NCBI RefSeq assembly: GCF_004010195.1 | Contig: NC_057718.1 | Location: 63,905,905 to 63,969,904, forward strand | DNA from: Chiloscyllium plagiosum | Lineage: Eukaryota | DNA length: 64,000 bases | Reading direction: 5' to 3' | Part shown: piece by piece, positions 1-11,951 of the stretch | Layout of the letters: each line of letters opens with the position of its first letter | Position numbering within the stretch: the first letter of the stretch is position 1 | Program-made: the position numbers and the translations under genes | The notes under the pieces: generated by a model | Seen by the model: only the letters and a program-made list of their open reading frames with translations | Database searches by the model: none | What the model was told of the DNA's origin: nothing

Positions 1-544
1 AGTGATGAGCAACACATTTTCGTTTACCATTTGTTAAAGGATTAGTGTATTTACAATAAAGAGTTATTTTCCAGTTATTGTTGAAACTTGTTGTGAGTTA
101 TCTTTGTCCCGAATATCAGTAATCAGGTGGATTGATTTAAATCTTTATGGTGATTTAAGATATTTTCTATATCAACCTGTTATGTAATTACACTTTGGAG
201 AAGATGTGTCGTGGACCCAGGCCTCCTGGCTCAGAGGTAAGATCTTTTTAATTGACACACCTTCAAAAATTCTTAATAGGCCAGATATTATACACCGGGA
301 GCAGCAATACACTAAATTTTCTCATGTGCTTGGGATCTATTGGAGGTCCTGAGATGTGCAGAACTGCTGTAATTGGCAGGAACATTAATAATTATAATGG
401 GATGACTTTTATTGGCTTGGATGATCTGTGAGTGTCTCTCACACTGATCTTAGTGTCTGAAATATGGGTCAGATACTTATTTTGGCACCAAGATTTGTTA
501 CATTGTTTAATCTCTGGTATAACTCAGTGATCAACAGTGCAACA

Positions 545-905
545 TAACCAACCATCTCCCACCCACTTATTCCCACCTGCCACACCTACAATCACCCCCC
601 CCCCCCAATCTGACGATCTACTGTCCTGAACTCTCCAGTGACTAGCCATCCTCTGAACTGAGCATCCACCTCACATATACCTAACCATTCAAACCAACTA
701 ACCAGCTCTACTGTTTTGACTCCAATACCTACCCTTTCTCCCAACACACCCAAACGATCCAACCCAACTAGTCACTCTCCTGTTCCTACTGCACATTTCC
801 ATCACTCATTCATTCACTCAACTATTCACCCTCTCATTCATTCACTCACCCTCCTACCCATTTATTCATGGCCCCATCACTTCATCCACTCATTCATTCA
901 CACAT
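545..905. repeat. C/A-rich low-complexity degenerate repeat (CATT/CACT/CCA units)
   Basis: Repeated cattcactca/ccacccac motifs; the ORF 716-907 is just its P/H/S/I-rich translation. Confidence 0.6.
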
Positions 906-1317
906 GATCTTTGCAGTCAACCATGATGCATGCAGCATTAGCGTTGATCCTAATATCTGAAACTATATGTCTATCAAACACGTGTTCCATTTCATAAATC
1001 AATGCTACTCTACCTCACCATGTTTTGATTTTCTAAGTGCAATGCCCTCAGTAAGAGTTTACAACCTTTTCTCTTTGACAAATTTCACATTAAATGATTG
1101 GTAACTTCCCTTTTCTCTTTCCCTCCCTTCCTGACAGCAGAATTATATGTACTATCTTCCAGCCCACAGGGACAGTACTTGGAGCTAGGAAATTCTGGAA
1201 GATTAAAACCTATGCACCCACTATTCTTTTAGCCACCACAAATAAGCCTCTAGGATGGAGGATATTAGGTTCAGTGGATTTGTCAAGCTTTAGTCCCATT
1301 AATTTCTTCAGTCCTTT

Positions 1318-1451
1318 CTGTGCTCCAGTTTCCTCTCACAGTCCAAGGATGTGCAAGTTAGGTGGATTGGTCATGCTAAATTGCCCATAGTGACCAGAGA
1401 TGTGCTAACTGGGTGGATTAGCCAGCGGAATTGGAGGGTTACAGGGATAGG
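1318..1451 (+). mobile_element. HE1-type SINE central fragment
   Basis: tttcctctcacagtccaaggatgtgcaagttaggtggattggtcatgctaaattgccc matches the full SINE copies at 39826 and 57896. Confidence 0.75.
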
Positions 1452-1501
1452 GTGATTTGGAGGTGCTGAAGTTGGACTCCGGTGGACAAAGTTAAAAATC
1501 A

Positions 1502-1615
1502 TCAGGATTCCTGATTCTTCAGGATTCCTGAAGAAGGGCCTGTGCCCGAAACGTCGAATCTCCTGTTCCCTGGATGCTGCCTGACCTGCTGTGCTGTTCC
1601 AGCAATAAAGTTTCA
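1502..1615 (+). mobile_element. 114-bp hammerhead-bearing PLE-derived mini-element with 16-bp TSD
   Basis: ACAAAGTTAAAAATCA at 1486-1501 and 1616-1631 flanks the insert; the insert ends just after an AATAAA. Confidence 0.8.
1523..1560 (+). ncRNA. Minimal type-I hammerhead ribozyme motif (intact core)
   Basis: GATTC-CTGAAGA-A-GGGC ctgt GCCC-GAAA-C-GTC-GAATC: stem I GATTC/GAATC, CUGANGA box, stem II, GAAA box, GUC cleavage triplet, palindromic ACGT helix III. Confidence 0.75.
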
Positions 1616-2852
1616 ACAAAGTTAAAAATCACACAACACCAGGTTATAGTCCAACAGGTTTATTTGGAAGCTAGCTTTCGAGGTGCTGTCTGTCCATCAT
1701 GTGATTGTGGAACATGGCCATTCAACACAGAATTTATAGCAAAAGGGTTACAAGTGTCATGGAGTTGTAATGATATATTAAACAATTTTAGTTAAAAATC
1801 ACACAACACCAGGCTATAGTTATTAAACAAATTTAGATTAAGTCTTCCATCTTTTAGAATGAGATATGGTGGTTTAGGTTCTTTAATAAGTAAATCCCAG
1901 AATTACATTCTCAAGGTGGTGTCAGCTTATCTAATAATAGGTGTCATCTCAGCTCTGACGCTGCAGGCAAGGAGGCTTGGTACATTGGCGAGACTGAATA
2001 GATACCACGACAATGGATGAATAGACACTGTGCAATGATCACCAGACAGGACTGTTCTCTCCCAGTCGCGGAACACTTCAGCAAGGTGCTCATCCTCATT
2101 GGTAGTGTGTTGCAGGCCGTGAAGAACATGGCATAGTCTTTGGCTCCCGGGAAGTACAAGACAACGAATGGTACCCTTCGGTTGCAGCTTGTGTCTGTCT
2201 CCTGAGGAGGTCATTATGGTTTCTTGCTGTGGCACGTCGGAACTGGCAGTTGAGCATCATACCCTGTTCTTATGAGGGCAACCTTGAGTACTTCTAAGGG
2301 CCCATCACATTCCTCCTCATCTGAACAGATCCTGTGTGTGCATAGGGCTTGCCCGTAGGTAATGGCTGTTCTAATTTGTTTTTGGTGGAAGCTTGAGAAG
2401 TGCAGCATCATGAGGTTATTTGTGGGTTTGCAGGAGAGTGAAATGCTGAGGTGCCCATCCTTGATGCATCCAAGGATGAGACAGATACTAAAAAGTAGCC
2501 CATGGTAAGTCTGGTGGTGGAATGAAACTCGTTGATGTCACTGTGTAGTTGTTTCAGTGACTCCTCGCCATGGGTCCGGAGGAAGAAAATGTCGTCAATA
2601 TATCTGATATCTAGTGTTGGTTGGAGGATCTTGGCAGAAAAGAGGTCTTGTTCAAATTTGTGCATGAAAATGTTGGTATACTGGGGTGCAGGTTTGGACC
2701 CCATGTCTGTTCCGTGTGTCTGGATGAAGAGCTGGTTGTCAAAGGTGAAAATGTTGTGGTCGAGGATGAAGTGGATGAGTTGTAGGATGCTGCTCTTGGA
2801 TTGGCAGTTGTTGGTATTGAGTGCTGAGGCTGTTCTGTGATGTTGTCATCGT

Positions 2853-3028
2853 GGGGAGAGGGTGGAGGGCATGGGTCTGGTGGGAATGCTTTTCAGAGGG
2901 CCAGTATGGACTTGACTGAATGGCCTGTTTCTATAATGTAGGCAAGTGAGGCTACATTGGGAACATGGTTGGTGTGGACTAGTTGGATTGAAGGGTCTGT
3001 TTCCATGCTGTATGACTCTATGACTCTA
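2853..3028 (+). mobile_element. HE1/HER1 3'-end fragments with (CTATGACT)n tail
   Basis: gaagggtctgtttccatgctgtatgactctatgactcta is the same tail as the CR1 at 51420-53013. Confidence 0.65.
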
Positions 3029-3688
3029 CTTTGCTCATCTACCCATGGAAGGACAGCCAAAAATAGCAACCCACGTAAGAACAGAAATATTCATTCTAAA
3101 CCATGAAAGCAAGAATTATGATTAGATGTAGATTCCTTGTCCAAACATTGGTAATTTAAGGCTTTCTCCACTTACATTTATTAGTATTATTGTATTATTC
3201 ATATTAGTTGTATTATTCATATTAGTTATCATAACTAACTGCTCATACAATATCTATTACCTTCGTCCCACAGCTCAGTATCCATGGTTAATCTTCTAAT
3301 TAGATGTTGTATACAGTCCCACTATATCAACTTTGGATTTTGGTGAACCTTTTGTTTAGTTGGGCCACAGACCATTACATGGAAAGACATCTTTACCTCT
3401 ACTACATCATCATATATAAGAATTAAAGGCTATCTAGAAATTAAAATCTCATTTCTGAATCGATTTCCTGAATTGATCAAGTTTTTTCACAAAGCATCAT
3501 TTATCATACATAGAAATTGCTTATAAATATTACCTTGTATTTTTATCTAGACTGCATTGCCTATAATTTGCTAACAAAACAACTGAGGCAAATAGCACTC
3601 AGTGATATTTATATGCAAATGCAACTGAAACTTCAGCAATAGCAGATGTATGGCTGAATGCAGAAATTCAAAGGTTGTGATCAATAAT

Positions 3689-3821
3689 ACTTCACAACCA
3701 CCTGATGAAGGAGCAGAGCTCTGTAAGCTAGTGCCTCCAATTAAACCTGTTGGACTATAACCTGGTGTTGTGTGATTTTTAACTTTGTACACCCCAGTCC
3801 AACACCGACATCTCCAAATCA
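3689..3821 (+). mobile_element. 133-bp solo PLE pseudo-LTR with degenerate hammerhead, 11-bp TSD
   Basis: TGATCAATAAT at 3678-3688 and 3822-3832. CAC-CTGATGA-A-GGAGC aga GCTCT-GTAA(GAAA mutated)-GCTA-GTG at 3699-3733. Confidence 0.75.
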
Positions 3822-6528
3822 TGATCAATAATGTGTTACTCCATTGTTAGCTTTGAAAAAGGGCATTTATTAACTAACTAACTTTATTGGAAATGTGTAG
3901 TTGTAATATTTTGGTAGTTGGCATGAATCAAACTTGCCACAGAAAGTTAGAGCTAGTCTAAAATGCTACATAAGAGTCTGTGGAGCCAGTTGATATCAGC
4001 ACATGCTTCATTAAACCTGGATTAGCTGTCAGAGATACTTAAAGCAATGTGCTGTGTGTTAATTACTGTCAAGGAACCAATTTGGCACTGAAAATTGACT
4101 ATTAAAATTGATCTTTTATTCTTTAAGATTTGAACTGTGATTGAATATTTTTAAAAATTTATTTTTCCTTCTTTCTCCCTTTATCCAATATTTATTTTCC
4201 TCTCTTTCTTTCTGCACCTGAATTATATTCTAAGTTAGCCACTCATTTACATTTCCTTCTCTTCCTACACTAGCAATATCAACTCTGTTTCTCTCTCCGT
4301 GGATGCTGCCAGACCTGCTGAGTTTCCTCAGTATTTTCTGTTTTTGTATGTTATGTAATTGCTGGCCTTGAGTCATCTCACAGGTCCAGTATGAAGTTAG
4401 CTCCAAAAGGCAATGATCCATCATACTTCCACAATCTCCCACTGCTGAACACAAAATCAGTAATTTTATTATAAAACTTAAATTGTAGTAGATGTAATAA
4501 GCAGCACGTTTGTAATCTGATTCACAACTGAAGTTTATAAGATTATTTTGTTTTGATATTGTTTCTTTAGTTGAGAGCAAAATAGAGGAATTAAGGAGTT
4601 ATATGATACATTCTGAATTCTGCCAGACAAACTTGGGGGTGGCTTGATTGTTATAGATTGTCTTACTGGGAAGAAGGTGTGATATATGCACAATTGTCAG
4701 AGGTACTGGACTTGGCGGTCACCATATGAAATGAGATTAGATGATTCACTTAGCTTGGTGAGAGACTGCTATATATCTCCCCTACACTAGCCTTCCTCCC
4801 TGGACTTACTGTTATGGAGCCAATAGACTGACTGTGGCACACTTGCTGGACCACTGTGGCATGGAGATAGCATCAAGTGCAGCCCAACTGGACGCCTGAC
4901 CATAGCCCATCCTCTAGACTGATATCGGACACTGCCGTTGACATACTTCTCTGGGACCCCCCCTCAGTTGACAGGTGCCTCCATGGATGTCAATAAGGAT
5001 TACTCCCGGAAGACTTTGAGACATGGTTGCTTGCTGCACATGCAGTGACTTTGCCACACAAGCTGCTGGCACATGAAGCAGGTATGAATCTGACTGTAGC
5101 ATAAAAGAGAAATGTCATTATTGGCTGTACAGACCTTGAAAGCTACATCAGGATGGCAAAGATCAACCTGTCATTCTCCTGGTCATTGTGCTTCTCTGAT
5201 GAAACAGCAGGAGGAATAGGAGCTGACACCAGCTGAGGACTAGCGTGCAGAGACTAGTCCTGTTTAAGGTCACCCAATAGGTGGCGAGCACGGGCCCAAA
5301 ACTGAAAGTACCATTGCCTGAAGTTGCCAAACCATTCGTGTTGATGCTATTTCAGGATGTCCTGAGAGGTTGTCTCTAACCTGCCAGCTACTGATTGAGT
5401 ACTGGACAAGAAGGGAATGCCTACCCAGTTGAATTGAAAGTAACAGTGGCCCTTGATTTCTACACCAGTGGATCACTTCAGGGAGCCACACGGGATCTCT
5501 GTAGGATCTCTCACAGGCATCCACTCAATGTATGTGGCATTTGAGAGATCTCTCTTTGATAAAGTTCACATATTTCTCCATGTACCATTGGGTGCTGGGA
5601 GTCAGGCAGCCAGGACAGGTGTCTTTGCTACAATTGCAGCATTTCCTCAGGGGCAAGTTGAGAAAATCAGAAGTGTCCTGAGGGAATGGCAACATTTCCC
5701 TATAATAGGAGAGGATGCTCCATTACTTTGACTTCAGACAATCAGGTCAGCACCTAGCAGAGAAATGAGTCTACGGCAAATGTTAGAATGCTACAATAAG
5801 TATATATTTACATGTGAATGTTTTCTATAGATTGATGAAACACTGAGATGTCCTCAATGGGATTTCTTTTTCCTTAACTAACTGTTATGAAAACAATTAT
5901 TGTTTTGAGGATTAATGTTGAAAGGATTGTGGTTCATTTGGAAGAGATATCTGAACTGCTTTTTATCATTTTTGTTTATTTAACCTCTTTTTCTTAATCA
6001 ACATGTTTGGCGATACACACTTCTGTAGCAGACTGAAATTGAACACAGGCTTTCTGGTTGAGGGGTTGGGATGCCACAAGATAGCCCCTCTAATGCATTG
6101 CTTAAAAGGGAATCACTAAAAGATCAATTGGACATTGTTTTTAAAGACATATCTTGAAAATCATACGGTTTGTACTAATTGCTTCAATTTATTTATTGGA
6201 AAACTCATGCCTGGGTTTATTGCCTGATTTTGGATTGTTTGACATTCAGCTGAGGCGCAGCCTGCTGCGAGGGAGAGAAGGAGAGGCGGAAGTGACCCAG
6301 CACTTATCTGCCAAGCTAAGAATCTACTTTTGGAGGGTCCAGTGTGGTAACTAAAAACTTGGTCCAGCTATTCTCCTGAAAGGCCTCTGAATTCTGAACA
6401 ATTCTTGAATGCATTGCATTTTAAAACTCCAGAGCCAACTGCTCGTCTTTAGTGATGCCTTTTGACAAGAGTTACATCACTGAAAACCATCTTGAATATT
6501 TCATACATTCTTCAAGAAATAACAATTA

Positions 6529-7221
6529 TTGGTGGGTTTGTGGGCTACCATGATGCCAAGCCATGAACCCTAGCCACTCTCCCCTACATCAAAGACATCT
6601 CGGAAATGACTGCCAGACTACTCAGAACGCTTAGCATCATGGTAGCCCAAAAAAATCCACCAACATACTAAAACAGCAGCTAATGAACTTGAATGACCCT
6701 ATAACAGACAACAAGCAAAATTAATGTTATTTACAAAATAGCTTGCCAGATCTGTAACAAACCCTATATTGGACAAACAGGTAGAAAGCTAGTCACCAGG
6801 ATACATGAACATCAACTGGCCATAAAACGACATGACCCACTCTCACTAGTATTCTTACATATGGATGAGGAAGGACAACACTTCAACTGGGACAATACAT
6901 CGATCCTAGGACAAGCCAAACAGAGACATTCTCAAGAATTCGTAGAAGCATGGCTTCCAACTGGAACTCTATCAACAAACACATTGACTTGGATCCCATT
7001 TACCACCCCCTGTGAAAAGGAAAAGGAAATGGCATCACCATGGGAAATGATGTCATCACAGGAAATGACATCACCAACCCTAGGAAACTGAAGCATAGAA
7101 ATACAGAGCGGGCTACACCACCAGTGCGTCATTCAGAGGCTCACTGAATATGTTATCTAGTATGGTGATGAAATGTCTGAAAATGAACCTTTCAGCTCAG
7201 TGAGCAAGCCGACATCCAGAA
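6529..7221 (+). mobile_element. Penelope-like element 3' portion (GIY-YIG endonuclease remnant + degenerate hammerhead)
   Basis: Translates NVIYKIACQICNKPYIGQTGRKLVTRIHEHQLA...FNWDNTSILGQAK. HHR-like TCA-CTGAATA-T-GTTATC tagtat GGTGAT-GAAA-T-GTC-TGA at 7141-7180. Confidence 0.8.
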
Positions 7222-8692
7222 CAGTCAGAATATCCTCCAGCCATACCGAAAGTTACCATTAAACTTGCATACACACGAAATGAGCTGAGAAACATCAACT
7301 GCTCCAGAAAATCCCCCATGCACCATGGAGGAAGTGACACCTTCTAAGTTGCCTATTGCCATACTTCAACTCCAAACTGGAAAATTACAGGCAACTTTAT
7401 TTCTTTCCACATAATATAGATTTCACTTTATAATAATGTATTTTAAAAATCAAAAGCATTCTGCAAAATAATTGACTTCAGAATGAGTCTGAATTATTTT
7501 TCCATATCCTGGTCCAATCATCCTGCATTCTCTATCCCTCTAAATCTAAAGCCCACAAGACTGTTTACTCCCTGTATGTAATGGCACAGAATATAGAGTA
7601 GTAGGTAAAAATGGTTCCATCAGAGATGGAGAATTAGTTTATCTTTTTTTGCGTTTATCTTTAATGGGGTAAACAAAAGAATGTCAATTATAGATAATCC
7701 TCTCGAGTGGGATTACTTATAAGGTTAAAACATTTAGAGCTTAGATTCAATCAGCACCCTGTAATTCATAATACACAGCAAAATGGGATTCTGTTCTTTG
7801 GAATACTCCAAGCCATTGTAAGTTCTAAAATTTTTTTCTCAAAACAGTACCAGAGGACATGCTATATTTCAGCTCATTTATTTTCCCCATTTACCTCATT
7901 ATTCCTGATAAGCTTTCCCATTAACTATATATTTTTTCATCTTCAGATATCTGTCATGTTGGCATTAGCAGCTGTAAAAATAGTCGATACCAGCTCGACA
8001 AAGTTAAGAGACCATTATCTAGATGAGAAAGTGGAAACATCCTCTTGTTGTTTCAGGAGGCAGAAAAGCAATGCCATCACTTTGCTCATCACAGCCAAAT
8101 GACATAATGATGTTGTTTAATGATACTTACCCAAATATTGTGTGACCCATTTAGCAATATATAAAACATGCCATTCAGTTAACCAGCCTACACCGGTGTT
8201 TAATTGAGAAAAAGGTTTGTCAAATCATTTAAACATGAATCTGGGTATAAGTATTTGACAAAATGGTGAAAATCGATGCCTTACATATATATTAATTACA
8301 TAAAACTTGGACTTTCAAGTTAATGGCAAGATATTACGCCTTTGATACTTAGTTTATCATGCACTTTACATAAACACCTTAGGGTAATAATTGATCTGGT
8401 GGAAAGGCAGGCTGACACTCTGAGTAACTGTGTTCCAGGTGTAATGGCTTAGCTTAGCAGCAAAAATGTCAATTTACATTATGACACACACGTTAAGTTT
8501 TAATGCTCATGGATGAACATCAATAACTAATACTTGGGAGTAGATCTAATTAAATTAAGCCAGCAACAGCTCTTGAATCACCACATTAAAAAAAAATCTT
8601 CTCGAGACATTGGCAAATTCCTATTTATTCTCCACCTGTAGTTGTCCTGACAACAGAATAGATTGATAACCCACTCATTAAGGCTGGAATTT

Positions 8693-9205
8693 AGTCATAG
8701 AGTTACAGAGATGTACAGCACGGAAACAGACCCTTCGGTCCAACCTGTCCATGCCGACCAGATATCCTAACCCAATGTAGTCCCACTTACCAGCACCCGG
8801 CCCATATCCCTCCAAACCCTTCCTATTCATATACCCATTCAGATGCCTTTTAAATGTTGCAATTGTACTAGTCTCCACCACTTCCTCTGGCAGCTCATTC
8901 CATATACGTACCACCCTCTGTGTGAAAAGGTTGACCCCTGGGTCTCTTTTATATCTTTCCCCTCTCACCCTAAACCTATGCCCTCTAGTTTTGGACTCCC
9001 CCACCGCGGGGAACATACTTTGTCTATTTATCTTATCTATGTCCCTCATGATTTTATAACCCTCTATAAAGTCACCCCTCAGCCTCCGATGCACCAGGGA
9101 AAACAGCACCAGCCTATTCAACCTCTCCCTGAAGCTCAAAACCTCCAACCCTGGAAACATTCTTGTAAATCTTATCTGAACCCTTTCAAGTTTCACAACA
9201 TCTTT
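8693..9205 (-). mobile_element. HER1/CR1 LINE 3' end (ORF2 C-terminus + tail)
   Basis: ORF 8678-9196 KLERVQIRFTRMFPGL...RLRGDFIE...WNELPEEVV; agtcatagag tail on the plus strand. Confidence 0.9.
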
Positions 9206-9770
9206 AGTGTTGGAGGGAATCTAGCAGGAACATCATGTCACTTTTCTGTGCAAAGTCTGAAGGTCTGATGTATTTACAGGGCAATCAGGCACTTAGCTAG
9301 ACAGTGTCGGGCTTCCCATCAGAATAGGAGCTTAATAGGGCAGAATTCCAACCTCCAAGAGGCGCCATCAATCAGAGGCTAGTAGTTGGCCAGACACAGC
9401 ACTTCTACTGGGAGCTGGAGTCTTCAGCAGAGATTCGTATTGGATAGGGTAAGGGGGGCAAGGGATGTTGGAAGGGTGGTTTGCCAGTCAGAAGATGGTA
9501 GATAGGTCAAGGGCAGACACGTCACTTTCAGAGGATCCTTCCCTTCCTGATATCTGGTCCCTCAACTGGCTTCAGAATGTCTGTGAATGAGGGGCCTGCT
9601 CTGGTTGGCTACTGGCTACCATGACAGGGTTCATGGGTTGGATTTCTGGAACTATTCAAGTTTTCTTGAGTTCCTTACCTATCATTAATTCCCAACGGAT
9701 TCAGGGATAATTGGATTCAAGTGGCTCATAAACAAGCCTAATTGACTTCCCACAAATAGCAGGACAACTT

Positions 9771-9890
9771 AGGGGTCTTGTGGTGCAATAATAGTGTCCC
9801 TATCTCTGAGGCAGGTGACCTGAGTTCAAGTCTCACCTTTCTCAGAGGTATGTAATAATATCTCTGAATCGATTGATTATAAAATATCCA
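9771..9890 (+). mobile_element. tRNA-derived SINE head
   Basis: A-box-like gtggtgcaata and B-box gagttcaagtc; reverse-complement copy at 28862-28977. Confidence 0.55.
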
Positions 9891-9932
9891 GCAGGAGAAT
9901 TTCCTGTGTCAAACCCTTGCTGCTGTTTACTT

Positions 9933-10160
9933 AATAGGAACATATGAACAGGAGCAGGCTATTTAGCCAGTTGTGCCTGCCTAGCCATTCAATACAATCA
10001 TATCTGATCGCACTTCAATACATGCCCACCCCATCCCCATAAGCTAGCACATAACCAGCAATCAGAAGTCTATTGATCTCTACCTTAAACACTCAAAGAC
10101 AGAGCTTGCACACCCATCTGGGGTAGAGAACTCCAAAAATTCACAAACCTCTGAGTAAAA
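9933..10160 (-). mobile_element. CR1 LINE 3' fragment
   Basis: gaacatatgaacaggagcaggctatttagcc...ggggtagagaactccaaaaattcacaaacctctgag, as at the other CR1 3' ends. Confidence 0.65.
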
Positions 10161-10289
10161 TGTGATTGCTCTGTCATTAACTTTGGCTTTTGACACCACT
10201 CTGCCTTTGCAGCAGACTCAATGATCAGTTTTGTTTATCCTGTCTCCTAGACTCTCTGGCATCTTTTTGACTTCCTGTCATCAATAATA

Positions 10290-11520
10290 CTTCTTTCCAG
10301 TTAGGGTTACCCCTCAGGTTCCTATCCCCCTGTCAAACTAGTTTAAAGCCTCTCCAACAGCACTAGCAAATCTTCCTGTGAGGACAATATCAATCCCAGT
10401 CCTGTTAAAATATAACCTTTCCTGTTTGTACAGGTCCCACCTGCCCTAGAAACAATCCCAATACCTCAGAAATCCAGTGCCTCCCTCTTACATCAGTTCT
10501 ATAGCCACATATTCAAACAATCAATCCTCTTGTTCTTATATTCACTAGTCGGTGACTCTGGGATTAATCCTGATATTACTGCTTTTTAATTTCCTTCTTA
10601 ACTCACTGAAATTTGCATTCAGGACCTCATCCCTCTTCCACCTGATGTCATTGGTATCAATGCGGACCATGATTGCTGGTTTATTCCCTTCGCTTCTCCC
10701 TGTGAGGACAATATCAATCCCAGTCCTGTTAAAATATAACCTTTCCTGTTTGTACACCTGCCCTAGAAACAATCCCACCTCAGAAATCCAGTGCCTCCCT
10801 CTTACACCAGTTCTACAGCCACATATTCAAACAATCAATCCTCTTGTTCTTATGTTCACTAGTCGGTGACTCTGGGATTAATCCTGATATTACTGCTTTT
10901 TAATTTCCTTCTTAACTCACTGAAATTTGCATTCAGGACCTCATCCCTCTTCCACCTGATGTCATTGGTATCAATGCGGACCATGATTGCTGGTTTATTC
11001 CCTTCGCTCAGAAGGATGTCCTGCAGCCACTCTGTGACATCCTTGACCCTGGCACTAGGCAGGCGACATTCCATCCTGGAGTCACGGTTACTACCACGCA
11101 AATGCCTGTCTGGTGCCCTATGAAATCCCCTGCAATTATTCCACTTTCCTTCTTCTTCCTCATCCCGTGTACAGCTGAGACACCCACATTGGCTCTGGCT
11201 GCATTCCCCTGAGGAACCATCACCCTCAGTTTCCAAAATAAAATTCTGATTTCAAGCAGGATAGACGTGGGGACTCCTGCATGACCTGCCTGGTAGTCAC
11301 CCATTCTCTCCCTGGCTGTATGCTGTGACTACCTTCCATTGTGCTATCCACATGGATGCAAAACAATGACCCCGGCTGCTGTTCATGTTCCGAATCCAGA
11401 GCTCCAGTTTCCAAAGTCAGTGACACTTCCTGCTGATGTTGTTGTCTGGGACACATGGCATATCCATAATTTCACACATACTGCACTCCACTTGGTCCTT
11501 CTGACTACCATCTCGCAATG
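10290..11520 (-). mobile_element. CR1 LINE ORF1 remnant (Cys-rich N-term, SGNH esterase-like domain)
   Basis: IIAGDF...CRLPSARVKDVTEWLQDIL...MVRIDTNDI (GDS and GTND blocks of the CR1 ORF1 esterase, decayed); homologous to 62340-63000. Confidence 0.75.
10375..11008. repeat. ~315-bp tandem duplication (10375-10694 / 10699-11008)
   Basis: Two direct copies. The first halves differ by 7-bp and 3-bp indels and a few substitutions; the second halves appear identical. Confidence 0.95.
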
Positions 11521-11874
11521 CTAAAACTATTTGTTGCCCTTCGAATAAATATAAACCTTAATATTAAAACTTAACAAGTTATTTCCTAGAAAAGAGAGGA
11601 AACAAATCTACAGACTTTAACAAACTAAATACGTAATTTTCAATTTAAAGACTGGACATGATAACCAGGCCTATTCACCAAAAGTTACTTGCCCGAGACT
11701 CATGACGTAATGGTGCCATTTGTCTTAGTTCAGGTAGGCCACTGAAATCATGCCTTATTTCCTCTCCTAATCACCTTTCACTCCAGAAACATTATTTCTT
11801 GCATTAAGCCTTACTTAAGATGTCTCTTTCCCCTCTGCCCATATTCCCACATTACTCCAAACTTCCAGTTACTC

Positions 11875-11951
11875 ACTCTATCCCAGTCTCACACGAGTAA
11901 ACTCTCCCTTACTCTATCCCAGTCTCACACGAGTAAACTCTCCCTTACTCT
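11875..11951. repeat. Perfect 36-bp tandem repeat x2
   Basis: ACTCTATCCCAGTCTCACACGAGTAAACTCTCCCTT at 11875-11910 and 11911-11946, plus ACTCT. Confidence 0.95.

Larger units (their letters stand above)
1452..2852 (-). mobile_element. Penelope-like retroelement, 5'-truncated and decayed (RT C-term, GIY-YIG remnant, pseudo-LTR)
   Basis: Minus-strand MGSKPAPQYTNIFMHKFEQ...RYIDDIFF (PLE RT core). 1452-1710 is the reverse complement of the pLTR at 3689-3821. Confidence 0.8.

Noticed and set aside
4620..5790. GC-richer stretch as host exons or Harbinger-like remnant
   Set aside because: No coherent reading frame or terminal repeats; probably an ancient TE but unassignable by eye.
7707..8102. 131-aa ORF and possible acceptor at 7946 in unique DNA
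   Set aside because: GTG start, no recognisable domain, no convincing donor or partner exon. It could be conserved non-coding DNA but I cannot show that.
11875..11951. 36-bp repeat as a CRISPR repeat
   Set aside because: The units are directly adjacent with no spacer, and there are no cas genes.
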